64,000 nt of DNA, taken from NCBI GenBank assembly GCA_964252035.1, contig OZ176201.1. The stretch is one strand, 5' to 3'. The position numbers and the translations under genes were made by a program. The notes beneath the pieces were generated by a model. That model was not told where the DNA came from. It ran no database searches and saw only the letters and a list, made by a program, of their open reading frames with translations. Source of the DNA: Podarcis erhardii (lineage: Eukaryota). Below, one piece after another: positions 46,412 through 58,468 of this stretch. Positions within the stretch are counted from its first letter, which is position 1, and each line of letters begins with the position of its first letter.

Positions 46412-46607
46412 TAGGGTTGCCATACGTCTGGGAATTCCAGGACATGTCCTCTTTTGGTGGGGGGATTTTACATTTTTAAAAAAATGTCCTGGATTTTGGT
46501 TTTTTTATTTTTTAAAAAAATAAGGCTGCAGACTCTGGCTTCAATCCTAAAAAAGCTCAACAACTTTTTGTGTCCGAATTTTTACCTCTTGAAATATGGC
46601 AACCCTA
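46412..46607. mobile_element. MITE with tagggttgccata TIRs in the 3' UTR
   Basis: 13-bp perfect TIR; decayed 8-bp flanks ccctgcgg/ccctacag. Confidence 0.75.
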
Positions 46608-47594
46608 CCCTACAGGAAAGCAAAGAGCAAGTGCATCTTTGCTATTATATTTATACCTACAGTTCAGGTGGTAATTCTCCATCAGATTCCTTTCCTCAAA
46701 GGCCCAGAGTGTGAATGTGTGGTTTGCATTTGATACTGGGTTCATAAGTTGCCTTATCTCAGTTATGTAACAAGTATTTGGGGATGGGTGGGAGAAGAGT
46801 GATGGGTGGGGGAACTTGAATGATGTAGAGCAAAGGAAAGCTATCTTCCCCCATCACTTCTGAAATCACTTAACTAATACAGTGAAAGGAAACTGCTAAT
46901 CACAGAAAACATAGCCTCTTATAGTGTGCAAAGTTCCCACAGATGGAGCAAACTCACCAAATTGCTCCAAATTGCCTCTGAGCCTATCCAAGTGTTGCGC
47001 AGGGTACATGGTACAGTCCTCTCATTAGGGGTTGCATTTTAAATGTGTCCCATGTTAAAATGTGTGCATATAAAGTTAGTTAGTATACTATGCTAACTCT
47101 CTGGTTGCAGAAAAAAACCACCCTGTTCAACGTGTGAATTCATCTTAGTCATGGTGCCTGGCATACTGCAGCGTCGGGCAGGATCCTAATGGCTGCCAAA
47201 CTTAATTTGTGCTGCTTAATTAGTGGCAGTTGCCAAATTCTTGGGGAAATCAAGGGGGGGGAATCAAAAGACTGGGTTTCTGCATTACATTCATAAGTTT
47301 CATTTGCCTTAACTGACATGTTTCCCCCAGAGATGGGGGTGTATTAGTTCTCTATTTCCTAGCCTTATTTTTTCATATCTGACAATCACATTCTTGATAC
47401 AATATTTTAAGTCCAGTCACATGAAAACACTGTGCTGCTAAAAACAATGGCAAGTGCCCTATTTTCCACCCCAAATGAGTTGTGTCACTTTATAATATTG
47501 GTGGTTGTTGGTCAACTGTTTTAAGAAGCACAGACATTGTTTATAGTACTTTTAATCCACTGCTTATTGATTATGTTTTGCAATCCTTATTTAT

Positions 47595-47735
47595 AGTGTG
47601 ACCCTGTGAGGGGTAGGCTGCTATTATTTCTGAAAACCAGGGCAGACCAAACCTTTCTGCCCACCCCCCAAAAGCCACCTGGGAAGACTATGTCTGAGTT
47701 AAGATTTGAACCCCGGTTCTAATACTCTGTTCACC
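47595..47735 (-). mobile_element. MIR-like SINE remnant
   Basis: accctgtgaggggtagg...agatttgaaccccggttct; resembles 7985-8146. Confidence 0.45.
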
Positions 47736-48415
47736 AATCATCAACATTTCACTGTAATTTCAGTATGCCTGACATACCTACTTCATTGCTACTACTTATC
47801 TTTTCATGTATGGTAAACCAATTTTAATGTCACAGTGAAGACCCATTTGTACTGGTATCAATAGATCTACCTCTGTACTCAACAAAATTGTTAGCCAGCA
47901 TAGACCCTGGCCTTTGTCCATGTTCAAAATAATACACAATCAGTGAGTGTTGTCCTACCAATGTGGTAGTAACTTTATATGATAACTATTGTCTAGATGT
48001 GTTAGACACAACATAGAATTGAAACATGCCATACAGCCGAGTCTTGTTTAGCTGCAGGTGATGTTCATCTTCGAACTGAAAGGAGGAGATCTAATGCTTG
48101 ATCTGAACGTTTTGCTTTGAAAGACCCACCAACAGTGGGATTTGCAGAGTAAAGTCTGTGGTTTTCAAGCTGTTTTCTGGGAAGGCCTGGGGTTGCTTAG
48201 AAGCTTATCATGACTTTCTCAGTGAAAGGATCAATAAGAGGAGACAAGCTTTCCTGAAAGGCAGCTTAGCAAGCACTACCAGTCTTCCCTACAGCAAGAA
48301 TGAAAGCATCTGGTATATTGTAAATTTCACTCTCAGCTCATATGGGACATTAATGAGAAGGTCAACAGGCCTGGCTGAAGCCCCAGATGAACTAAGCTGA
48401 CTGTGTACTCTATAC

Positions 48416-48691
48416 CAGTGTTTCCCCAGCTTGGGTCTCCAGCCGGTTTGGGGCTACAACTCCCATTATCCCTTGCTAGCAAGACCAGTAGTCAGGGATG
48501 ATGGGAATTGTGGTCCAAAAGCAGCTGGAGACCCAAGTTGGGGAACTACTGCTCTAGAACAAGGGTGGCTAATGCTTGGTTCGCCAGATGTTGCTGGACT
48601 ACAGTTACCATCATCCTTGACCATTGTTGCTGCTGGCTGGAGCTGCTGGGAGTTGGATATCAGCAACACATGCAGACGTTACTCACCCATG
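48416..48691. mobile_element. Two hAT MITEs in tandem (48416-48551 and 48560-48691)
   Basis: Separated only by the 8-mer ctctagaa; the left flank is ctctatac. Confidence 0.75.
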
Positions 48692-49269
48692 CTCCCAATT
48701 TTTTGAAATTATATTGGGAAATTCCTTCAGCACAGCTATTTCATGTGGAAATGAGCACCTGAATACAGAGAGATTGGAAACACTGGGGAAAGTGTGATTT
48801 AGGTATTGTTTTTAAACAACCTTTTTGCCTCTATTTCGTTCAGTATTGCCAAATACCTCGTGCTGCTTTCTTAGACTTTGCACTTTCCCCATTGTTGACA
48901 TGCATCAGGACTAGTTTGAAAAATGATAGTGTGACAAATCATTTGCCTTTAAACAGGAGTGATGTGATAGGCGACAGACTGCTCCTGTGACCAGGTGGCC
49001 ACAGTGAACTGCATTTGCACCCATTTCAAAGCAGTTAGGGACAAGGGGCAATTCTGTACGATCAAAGGATAGTACAGGCTGGTTGCAACTCTGACTTGTG
49101 AAATTGTGCTACTCTAGATGCAATCTTTTTAAAATGATCTAGCAGCCTGGTTGTATCACATCTACTTAGAAGTAAGTCCCACTGAGTTAACTAGGGATTT
49201 GCCATCCAGTAAAGAGGCTTCGGACTTTGACTTAGGTTGCACTGACCTGGTTTTCCTGGTGAATTCTAA

Positions 49270-49293
49270 AATAAAAATAAAAATGGCAATAAA
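49270..49293 (+). terminator. SFXN1: Candidate proximal poly(A) signals of SFXN1
   Basis: Three AATAAA at 49270, 49276 and 49288. Confidence 0.35.
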
Positions 49294-49948
49294 TAATTCT
49301 ATGGGAGAAGAAATGTGCACTTCAGTTAAACAGCCAAGAAATCACAGAAAATAACAATTTGGTCCCTCTTTTAAAGTGCTTGAATTTTAAAACAAAAATC
49401 TGAAACTTTCCAGTAGCTCTTCTCTTTAGTTGTTTGATCCGTTTTGTGTAGCTTCCATGTTTTTGGGAAAACTGGGTATTCATGAGTGGTGTACATGGAA
49501 TAACATTCTGCAGCACAGAGTTGTATCCAGTTAAATCACTGCATGTGAGGAACACGCTTTGTGAGTGCAGCAGAATCTTCCCTCCCTGTTTTCTCATATG
49601 CACACCCTAAATCTCCAGACTACATTGGGGGTGCAGGAGACACCTGGGGGAGGAGGAGGGGAGTTCTGTTGTGCCAACAGAAGTCATTCTGTGCACATAA
49701 TGATTTAGTTGGATACAAACCAAATAGTTTTATTGATAGATTTAACCAGGATAAAGGAGGATTCTTTTGCCCCATGGAAGTACATGCATATTCACACAAA
49801 CGTATTATGCAGTGTAATTTTTTTTTTAATTAAACAGGTTTAATAATTGTGGCATGTTTCTTGGTGGTATTAAGCAGAACAAAATAGTATTAAGATCAGC
49901 CAATTTACACTGATCTTGTAAAAATAGATTTTTTAAAAAAATAATTCC

Positions 49949-49964
49949 AATAAAGTGCAATAAA
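49949..49964 (+). terminator. SFXN1: Candidate distal poly(A) signals of SFXN1
   Basis: Tandem AATAAA at 49949 and 49959 after a U-rich, repeat-free stretch. Confidence 0.5.
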
Positions 49965-51343
49965 GTCGTATGCCTAGGAAAACTGCCAAATTATATTTCT
50001 ACATTTGGAAAATGATTCTGGATTACATTGTGACCGAAGAACATTTTTGATGTTAGTATTAACACAATGTCTTGCCAGTGTTGATGGAATTTATTGTGGT
50101 ATTTTAAAAGTATGCTGGATGAAATATTAAAAGCAGTGACTGGCATGAATGGTGGTGGTCTCTGTTTGAAACAAACTTTAGGAGGGCAATGTTTATGCTC
50201 ACAGGGATATTCTTGTGTATGGGTAAGCTACTTTACATTAGATGGTTTCTTCCAACCAGATACAAACTAAGTGTAAACAAAAAAAAAGTGTATTGCATGC
50301 CTGAGAATGAATTGTAGTTTCCCCCTTAATGGTTTCAGCAGAAAAATTATCAAATCTCTGCTTGTGTAAAAGTTTTAAGTGGACAAGAGGCAATTTATAT
50401 AACACGCAAGTACAATAACATCCATTTTTCCATCTGTACTCCTTAATTGGAGGTGGGGATTCATTTTGATTCCAGACTCCTGGCCCAGTTCAAAATTCCA
50501 ATCTCTTCTATAGGAGCTTCAAAAGTGGAGTGTTCTCTCTCTGCATTTCCAGAACGTTGTTGCTTTTAGGTGGGATTCAATCACATACCAGCAAATTCGA
50601 GTGGTGCAGTTCCAGTTGACTGGCAGGCCTTGCACAAGAAGCCCGCTTCCCCAAAGGACTGGGCTTTTTTCCAATAAGAAAAGTAATAGGAAGATGCACT
50701 GTGAAATATGGGATAGCATTTCCTTGACACAACTTCATCTAGCCTCCCCACAAACAAATCAGGATGAATGCTCCATAAACAAGTCATCTGGGCATGTGTA
50801 TCTCTCCCACCCCAGCACACTCCCCTGAATGCCAGAAACACATTATTTTACCTAAAACAAAGCAAATGAAGATAATGGGTCAGGGTGCAACTCATCTGTT
50901 TGCCAACATCAGCTTAGAGCAGAGGAATCGCTAGCCTTGACAATCACTTTCTCTCCGCTGTGGGAGAAGGAGGACTACAAAACAAAGCCCCCTGCACTTT
51001 TTACTTATTAAACCTACTTTCAAATCCATTTTTCCTCCCATTGAGGGGTGAGGGGGGGAAATCAATTTCTTCTGCTCACAAGTCACAGTGGGAATGAATG
51101 CAGTCTCTGGGAAGAGAAGGAACTAGGGCAGGAAGAAAAGTGTCATGGTGTGATATTTCATGAATATAGTGCAGCACTTCTGTGTTCCTGCAGGCAAGCT
51201 ATGGGAGGTGGAGAAGCAGGGGAGGGGATAAAGAGACAAGAGGGGTCACTTTTCCTGCTTATTTTTTATTTGTGCAGACCCATTGTAAGTCACAAATCTT
51301 TGGTGAAACTTACTATTTCAGGCTTGTTATGTGGAATACAGTA

Positions 51344-51558
51344 CAGTGGTACCTCGGGTTAAGTACCAATTTGTTTCGGAGGTCCTTTCTTAACCTGAAA
51401 CTGTTCTTAACCTGAAGCACCACTTTAGCTAATGGGGCCTCCTGCTGCTGCCATGCCGCCGGAGCATGATTTCTGTTCTCATCCTGAAGCAAAGTTCTTA
51501 ACCTGAGATACTATTTCTGGCTTAGCGGAGTCTGTAACCTGAAGCAATGTAACCTGAG
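51344..51558. mobile_element. Tc1/mariner-type MITE with its right TIR cut off by BovB
   Basis: TA-cagtggtacctc...gtaacctgaggt, then BovB tail. Confidence 0.85.
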
Positions 51559-51947
51559 GTTTTGTTTGTTTAGTTGTTCAATCGTGTCCGACTCTTCGTG
51601 ACCCCATGGACCAGAGCACGCCAGGCACTCCTGTCTTCCACTGCCTCCCGCAGTTTGGTCAAACTCGTGCTGGTAGCTTCAAGAACACTGTCCAACCATC
51701 TCATCCTCTGTCGTCCCCTTCTCCTTGTGCCCTCCATCTTTCCCAACATCAGGGTCTTTTCCAGGGAGTCTTCTCTTCTAATGAGATGGCCAAAGTACTG
51801 GAGCCTCAGCTTCAGGATCTGTCCTTCCAGTGAGCACTCAGGGCTGATTTCCTTAAGAATGGATAGGTTTGATCTTCTTGCAGTCCATGGGACTCTCAAG
51901 AGTCTCCTCCAGCACCATAAATCAAAAGCATCAATTCTTCGGCGATC
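51559..51947 (-). mobile_element. BovB (RTE clade) LINE 3' end
   Basis: RRIDAFDLWCWRRLLRVPWTARRSN...RWLDSV...AWRALVHGVTKSRTRLNN* is the BovB RT C-terminus; (AAAC)n-type tail. Confidence 0.92.
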
Positions 51948-51959
51948 TTCTTCAGTAAG

Positions 51960-51976
51960 GGCACTAGGTGGCAGCA
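51960..51976 (+). promoter_or_regulatory. Candidate CTCF site
   Basis: GGCACTAGGTGGCAGCA resembles the CTCF core; motif match only. Confidence 0.4.
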
Positions 51977-52670
51977 CCTCCCCTTTCCGGTTTTCTGTTA
52001 TAAGGAAATAACACTCCAAGTGTTCATCACTGCTCTCTTTGGAGGACCAAATCTCATGCTCACCCAATATGTGAATCCAAGAAGCTTCGTGGAAAAATGG
52101 GTACTGCAGACCCACCCCCACGAGGTAGTATGAAACTTACATATGGATGCAAGCTTAATTCATTTAATTTTATCCCCTGCATTTTGAGAGGATGGAATTG
52201 TGCGAAATAGTCCTCTGCATGTACTGATGTATATGTGTGGTAACTGCACCACATTCCTTCCTTCCTTCATATTTAGTTCACTTTTCCACACACAAAAACC
52301 ATGCTGAAGTGGCATACAATGAAGAAAGCAGTAATACATTTTAAACGATAAAACATAAAAACTCTTGCATAACAATATAGCGAAACAATAACATGGTAAC
52401 AATTTCCTACTAATATTGCAAAACAAATACAATAACATACAAACAACCACAATTCAATACTGTAACGTTAACTAGATCACTTAAGCAACATGCAGCAACC
52501 CATAGCAAAAACAACAAAGGCGCTTCACCGTTTCAGGTTAGTCCTGGAAACGGGGGAGGGGGGTAGCTTTTTTCATCCTTGAAAATTACATACAGCTGAA
52601 AGGAAGTTGAGAGATTAATACATGTCCCACTTATTCTTTCAGCTTTTCAAGACTTAGTTTAATTCTACTA

Positions 52671-52896
52671 CAGTGGTACCTCGGGTCAAGTACTTAATTC
52701 GTTCCAGAGATCCGTACTTAACCTGAAACTGTTCTAAACCTGAAGCACCACTTTAGATAATGGGGCCTCCTGCTGCTGCCGCACCGCTGGAGCATGATTT
52801 CTGTTCTCATCCTGAAGCAAAGTTCTTAACCTGAAGCACTATTTCTGGGTTAGTGGAGTCTGTAACCTGAAGCGTATGTAACCCAAGGTACCACTG
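52671..52896. mobile_element. Tc1/mariner-type MITE
   Basis: TA-cagtggtacctcgg...ccaaggtaccactg-TA. Confidence 0.88.
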
Positions 52897-54048
52897 TAGA
52901 TCTTAACATCTATGCAGCTTCCTTAGAAAACTCAGCTATAGGTGTGAAACTTTCTGTCTTTTGGGGGGTGGCTGACCTAGGGGAGGCAGACAGCAGTGAC
53001 CAAAGAAGAGGGTGCCCACAGAACCTGCTCAAAAATCAAAATGTGCTCACATACCTGAAAAGGTTGACAAGCCTTTTTCTGTACCATACATGGAAGGCTG
53101 AGGAAGCAGGGAGCCTGGAAAATCATTTTCTTCTGAAGGAAAAAAATATTTGATGAAGAGGAAGATTTAGAGCCCACTTTACTGTACCTTAAGGAAACCT
53201 CAGTTCAGCAAAAACAGGCATGTATGTACTACAGGCTCATGCTGTTTAGCCCCTTTGAACAATACTAAACCTGAGTCTGAAGACATTTTTCAGCATCATC
53301 TGGTCTTCTGTGAGAACAGAATTATATAAAATGCAGATGATCATTGGGGGATAGATTAGATTCTCATGCAAAGCTTCTCATCATGCTCAGGGCTCCCAAA
53401 ACCAGATCTTACCTTCAACTGTTGCCATGCAAGCAACTGCCCTTCCTGTGTGCCAGGCCTGAAGCGGGCATACAGAGAAAGGCTCATCCTATATGGCATA
53501 GAAACTTCATAACAAAGACAATAACTGACTTGGGTCATTACCATTTTAAACTGTGCATACTGACCAAAAAATTAGAAGCTTTCCCCCTGAGAGTCATTTT
53601 CAGTTTTCTCTCCCATTAGTTTGATTTTCTATTTCTTTATCGTTTCCAAAATTACAATAGCCATTTCCTCAAAGGGCAAATGATTTAATTTAATAGCATT
53701 ACAGAAACATCTCTGACACTGCATTAACAAGCACAGTGATTCACAAGGCTGTGTTTGATGTTCACCAGATGGAGAAATGACCTGCTTGACAACGTACGCA
53801 ATCCAGCCAATCTGCATTTGCATGACTTTATTGAGGTGATATTCTGACTAATAAGAATAAGAAATAATGGTGACACCTATGAGAAATATGTTCCTCTAGG
53901 GGCGGCTCAAACTGTTTGCATTGCCCACAAATGCAGCCTACCAGCCACTACCAAATGCTTTGCCAACCCCCCCCCCCACATCTGGCCAAGCTCTCTCCCT
54001 TCACACCTTGCCCCACCAAAAAACCCCTTCCTTTACACTACCCCAACC

Positions 54049-54585
54049 CAGGGCCAGATTTAGGTTTGATGAGGCCCTAAGCTACTGAAGATGATGAGGC
54101 CTTTTATATGTCCAGCTGTCCTTTGTCAACAACAAATTGTCACTGTTTTTTGTGTTGAATATATGCTATATGGTAATTTATGGACCTAACAGGTATCTAA
54201 AGCCATTTGCTATATGTAGTTTTATTTTATTTGTTTTTTATCTTATATTTTGGAAATGTACACCCTGGTTTTTTTCCTTTAAATTTTTTTGGGGCCCCCA
54301 AGAGATTGGGGCCCTAAACTATAGCTTGCTTAGCTTATGCAGTGGTACCTCAGTTTATGAACAGCCCTGTTTAGGAACTATTCAGTTTACGAACTCCGCA
54401 AAACTGGAAGCAGTGTTCTGGTTTGCGAACTTTACCTCAGTCTACGAATGGAAGCCAAACGGTAGAAGGGCACCAGCGGCGGGAGGCCTCATTAGCATAG
54501 CTGTCAACATTTCCCCCTTTTTAAGGGAAATTCCCTTATTCCGAATAGGATTCCTTGCAAGAAAAGGGAAAAGTTGACAGCTATG
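54049..54585. mobile_element. Composite of three non-autonomous DNA elements (54049-54339, 54340-54495, 54496-54585)
   Basis: cagggccagatt...; cagtggtacctc...; catagctgtcaac/gttgacagctatg 13-bp TIRs. Confidence 0.7.
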
Positions 54586-55820
54586 CTCAAAGTGTAAGGA
54601 AAATAAAATACCTTCCTGATGATTTTGTGCTTCTAAAACACAAGGAAGTAAGGAGACCACATCTATAAAGTCTGGTTAGGGTGTATTAGTAGGTAAGTTA
54701 AATGAACTCCCATAATGAAAAAAGCAGAACAGCTTAGAGGATCAATAATAATTTAAAAAACCCATAACTGATATTTATCACTATAATAGCTTCAATGAAA
54801 GGGAATACATAAACCTAAATGATTACGTGTAGCATCATTTTTATTAGCCTATTTTGTTTAATAAAATGCCTTTTAAAGCTGTGTTGGCTGTTTTGGTAGC
54901 CTGAAAGTCACATGACCCTGAAGTTTCCTTTATCATTGATTCTTTATGTGCCCAGCAAAAGCTCAGGCTCGTAAAAGCATATGGGTTTATATTTAAGGGC
55001 TAAGTCACTTTGCTTGCAAACCTGGGGAGTGGGTTATTTGTTTTATCCTGCCCTAGAGACAAAAAATGTCATTGATAAGGCAGCCCCAGCCCTTAGGCTT
55101 AAAATTTAAGAGACATGACACAAAAGGGGAAAGGGATTGGGACAGAAAGAGGGGGGGGGAGCAAATTCAGACATGATTCCTTAGTTACAGAGTTCTTGCA
55201 ATGACCAGCTCGAATGGAAAATAAAGGGGGAGCACAAGGAGGCTGGGATACTTTGGTGTTGATGGAAGATGCTTGTAAAGGCTTCGTTTTCAATAATGTT
55301 TTACATCTGAGTGCTTAAAATACCCTTCGTTGTTAAATTCAGGGCAGGGAAAGGATCTGTCGTATTCCAAATGGGAGATAGTGCTGAAGTTCATTCAATT
55401 AGCTGAAGGTACCTAATTATGTGTTCTTTTATTTCCACGCTATTTTAAAATGTAAGAGTTAATGTTAGTTCTACATATTCCAAATATTTAGTAGGCAGGC
55501 AATTGAGAATATGGGAAGCTGATTTCCTCCGAGTCAAATGCTACACTGAAGCATTGAAACAGCAGCAGTTTAAAATAAAAAGAGGGCCACAGTTACTAAT
55601 TAAAAGTTTCTTAAAATAAGGTATCCAAGGTCTGTTCAAAAGGCAGCAAAGTAGGTCTATATGTGCCCCATAGAGAGGGAATTCCTCAAATATGGGGCCA
55701 CAGCTAAAAAGACCCAACAGTCTAATATATATATTGAGGGCAAGTGTCACTTCTTTGCATGAACCAGCCCTGAAAAAATATCCGGACCTAAGAAATAGCA
55801 CTTGCTAGATGAGACAAGAT

Positions 55821-56130
55821 GGGGAAAATCCATAGCTAAATGGTAGAGCTTCTGTCTTAAAAGTAGAAGACCCCACGTTCAAGCTCTAGTGCAGGCATAG
55901 GCAAACTCGGCCCTCCAGATGTTTAAGGACTACAATTCCCATCACCCCTGACCACTGGTCCTGTTAGCTAGGGATCATGGGAGTTGTAGTCCCTAAATAT
56001 ATGGAGGGCTGGGTTTGCCTATGCCTGCTCTAGTATCTCCAGATAGGGCCACGGGAGACTGCTGTCTGAAACCCTGGAGAGCAGCTGTCAGTCAGAGTAG
56101 ACAAATCCCAGACCAATGGTTTGATTTGCT
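55821..56130 (+). mobile_element. Squam3-like SINE interrupted by a hAT MITE (55892-56027)
   Basis: MITE TIRs caggcataggcaaac/gtttgcctatgcctg; TSD ctctagtg/ctctagta. Confidence 0.8.
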
Positions 56131-56930
56131 ACAAAGCAGTTTCCAGTGTTCTGACATTCCATTGTTGCTCTCCTCTGGGCAGCACTTCACTGCTCTTGCC
56201 GATTTTGCTGGCTCCTTCTTGACACTGCAATTAGATACACAGTGGGACAATAGTATTATGAAAAGCCTTCCTGTTGTCCCCTTGCTGCCAGTGCAGGCTG
56301 TGTGCCATTATTACTGGTTTTGGCTTTGCCTTGAAAGTTGGGGCAGGGGGCTTCAGAAGAAGAATTTTGAGGGCAAGTTTTAATTTGGTCATTTTGGTCT
56401 TCAAATTCCTTACCAACACCAAGCAGCACCAAGGGCATTCTGATGCAGCGGGCGGTCAAGGCTACAGCGGTGGCAGCATAGGAAAGCACATGAGAGAGAG
56501 AGAAAGAAATTAATTAGGCACCTCTAACCAGCCACTTTTCCAGCTTTCCAAAGCCTCTGAGCTCTTGAATTATTCATTGCAAGTGTACACTTCAGATAAA
56601 AACAATTTGGCTTTGCACTTCTTTTACAGTGCTTTCCTGCCCATCTTATAATTTCATGCAGGGAAATATTTTGTGGCGAACGAAGTCGTCCAAGAGATAC
56701 CAAAATAAAACTGAGGCATACAACATACAACTTGCCCAGAACCAAAATAAATAATTTAAAGGGCCGTCCCATTAAAGGCTGGTATACTATTAGGAATGTG
56801 TGTTGTTTTCTCCTTCAAGTAGCTGAGAGAAACCAGTAGACCTTTCAGACGTCACATTGTTTTCCTGTGTAGGAAGCATGTGTTTCATTTCAGCGACAGC
56901 GTCCAATTTTTCGAAAGGCACAGAAATCTT

Positions 56931-57447
56931 CAGACGCAGTTGATGGACTATATGGAGCTAGCTGAAATGACCGGCAGAATCTGAGACTTGGGAGAAGAAA
57001 CAATGGAAGAGGATTGGAAAAAAATTAAGGACTATTTGCAAAAACACTATAAGCTGTATGAATGTTAAGGAAATGCACGATTTAGGAAATCTTAGCTTCC
57101 GCAACTTTAAATAGGTGAATGGAAATCAAGACACAAGAATTTAGGAGGTGGAATTATGAAATAATTTTATTATGTTTAAATTTAAATTTACAAGAATTGG
57201 GACATAACATTTTGATCCTAGAAACATGATAAATTGAAAGATACAATAAGTTATGAAACAAGGTAACAAATTGCTGAAGTTTGTATTACAAAGAATGCAG
57301 GGTTTGAAGGTTGTGGGGAAGTCCAATTGGTTTGTTAAAAAAAAATCATGGAAAGTTGAAGTTTCTGTATTTTCTCTTTTTTCTGTTTTCTCTCTTTTTC
57401 TTTCTGTATTTTGTAAACCTAATAAAAAAATAATTAAAAAAAAAAAA
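56931..57447 (+). mobile_element. Young 5'-truncated L1-like insertion with 27-bp TSD
   Basis: ORF2 end (LMDYMELAEMTGRI...WKKIKDYLQKH), 3' UTR, AATAAA at 57421, A-rich tail; caatttttcgaaaggcacagaaatctt at 56904-56930 and 57448-57474. Confidence 0.9.
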
Positions 57448-58364
57448 CAATTTTTCGAAAGGCACAGAAATCTTGTACCATTGTGGTGAGTTTCCTTGAT
57501 CTTAGGAACAGACAAGGAAGGGGAGGTGGCAAGCATATTTTCCCAGGACTTGGTTTTACTAAAATTACAAATAAGATGACATGAGAATTATAGAAGTCTA
57601 AAATGGAAGTCACTAGTAAGCTAGATCAAAAGCTTAGAAGTCATTCAACTATAATTAGAAACAGAAACACACGCACACACACACACTTATGCTTTGGTTT
57701 TTGTTATAATATGGTTGTAGAAAATGAATGCATTAAACCTGACCTCTTGGTGTTGGATTATTTGGTGACTCAGTCATAAAACATACATTTCACTTTCATT
57801 GAATAAATCAGTGACAGGTTTCACAGAAGTTTTAACAGTGCCAGTTTTCTTTTCCCCAACAATTATGCATTGTATTAACACAAAACCACAAATTCCAAGT
57901 GAACTTCTAGGAGCTTGGAAATAAAGCAGGTCACAAAACGATGCATAAGTTTTCTCCAGAATTTTTCTTTAGGCTACATGGTAAACAAATTGGGTGGAGG
58001 GTGGGCGGAATAGAAAGAAAAAAGTTCATTAGAGCCTCCATCTCATAAGCGACTTGTGGGAGGAAGTACCAGACATTCAAATGAGGCTTTGTAGATGCTG
58101 GGCAGGTTTCAGGTTGCACTTTCCCTGGGAAGGAAAAAACATATAATGGCTGATATGCCCCAATCCATCTGTACACGTATAACAAACAGCTGTTACCCAG
58201 GTCTGCCTCCTTCCTTAGGTGAAAAACACAGGTTCCTTGGTATGCATTAAAGAGGAATAAAGATATTGCCCACTGGAGGGACACTATTGCACTGCAACAC
58301 AACAAATGTAGGACACACATACAAAAAACCACAACCACCAAGTGTGGAACATATTGTATTTTAA

Positions 58365-58468
58365 TGTTTTGCTGGAAGCCAGAGTGGCTGGAGTGCCTGG
58401 AGAAACCCAGCCAGATGGGCGGGGTATAAATAATAAATTGTTGCTGTTGTTGTTGTTACTATTATTAT
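58365..58468 (+). mobile_element. L2-type 3' tail with (TTA/TTG)n
   Basis: agagtggctgg...cccagccagatgggcggggtataaataataa; reverse complement of the 39361 end. Confidence 0.65.

Noticed and set aside
49800-49830. Iron-responsive element in the SFXN1 UTR (cagtgt)
   Set aside because: The five bases on either side of CAGUGU do not pair, so no IRE stem forms. The scan was by eye and not exhaustive.
51570-52121. 183-aa ORF as a gene
   Set aside because: The C-terminal part is the BovB RT end; the N-terminal part is unrelated flank that happens to be in frame.
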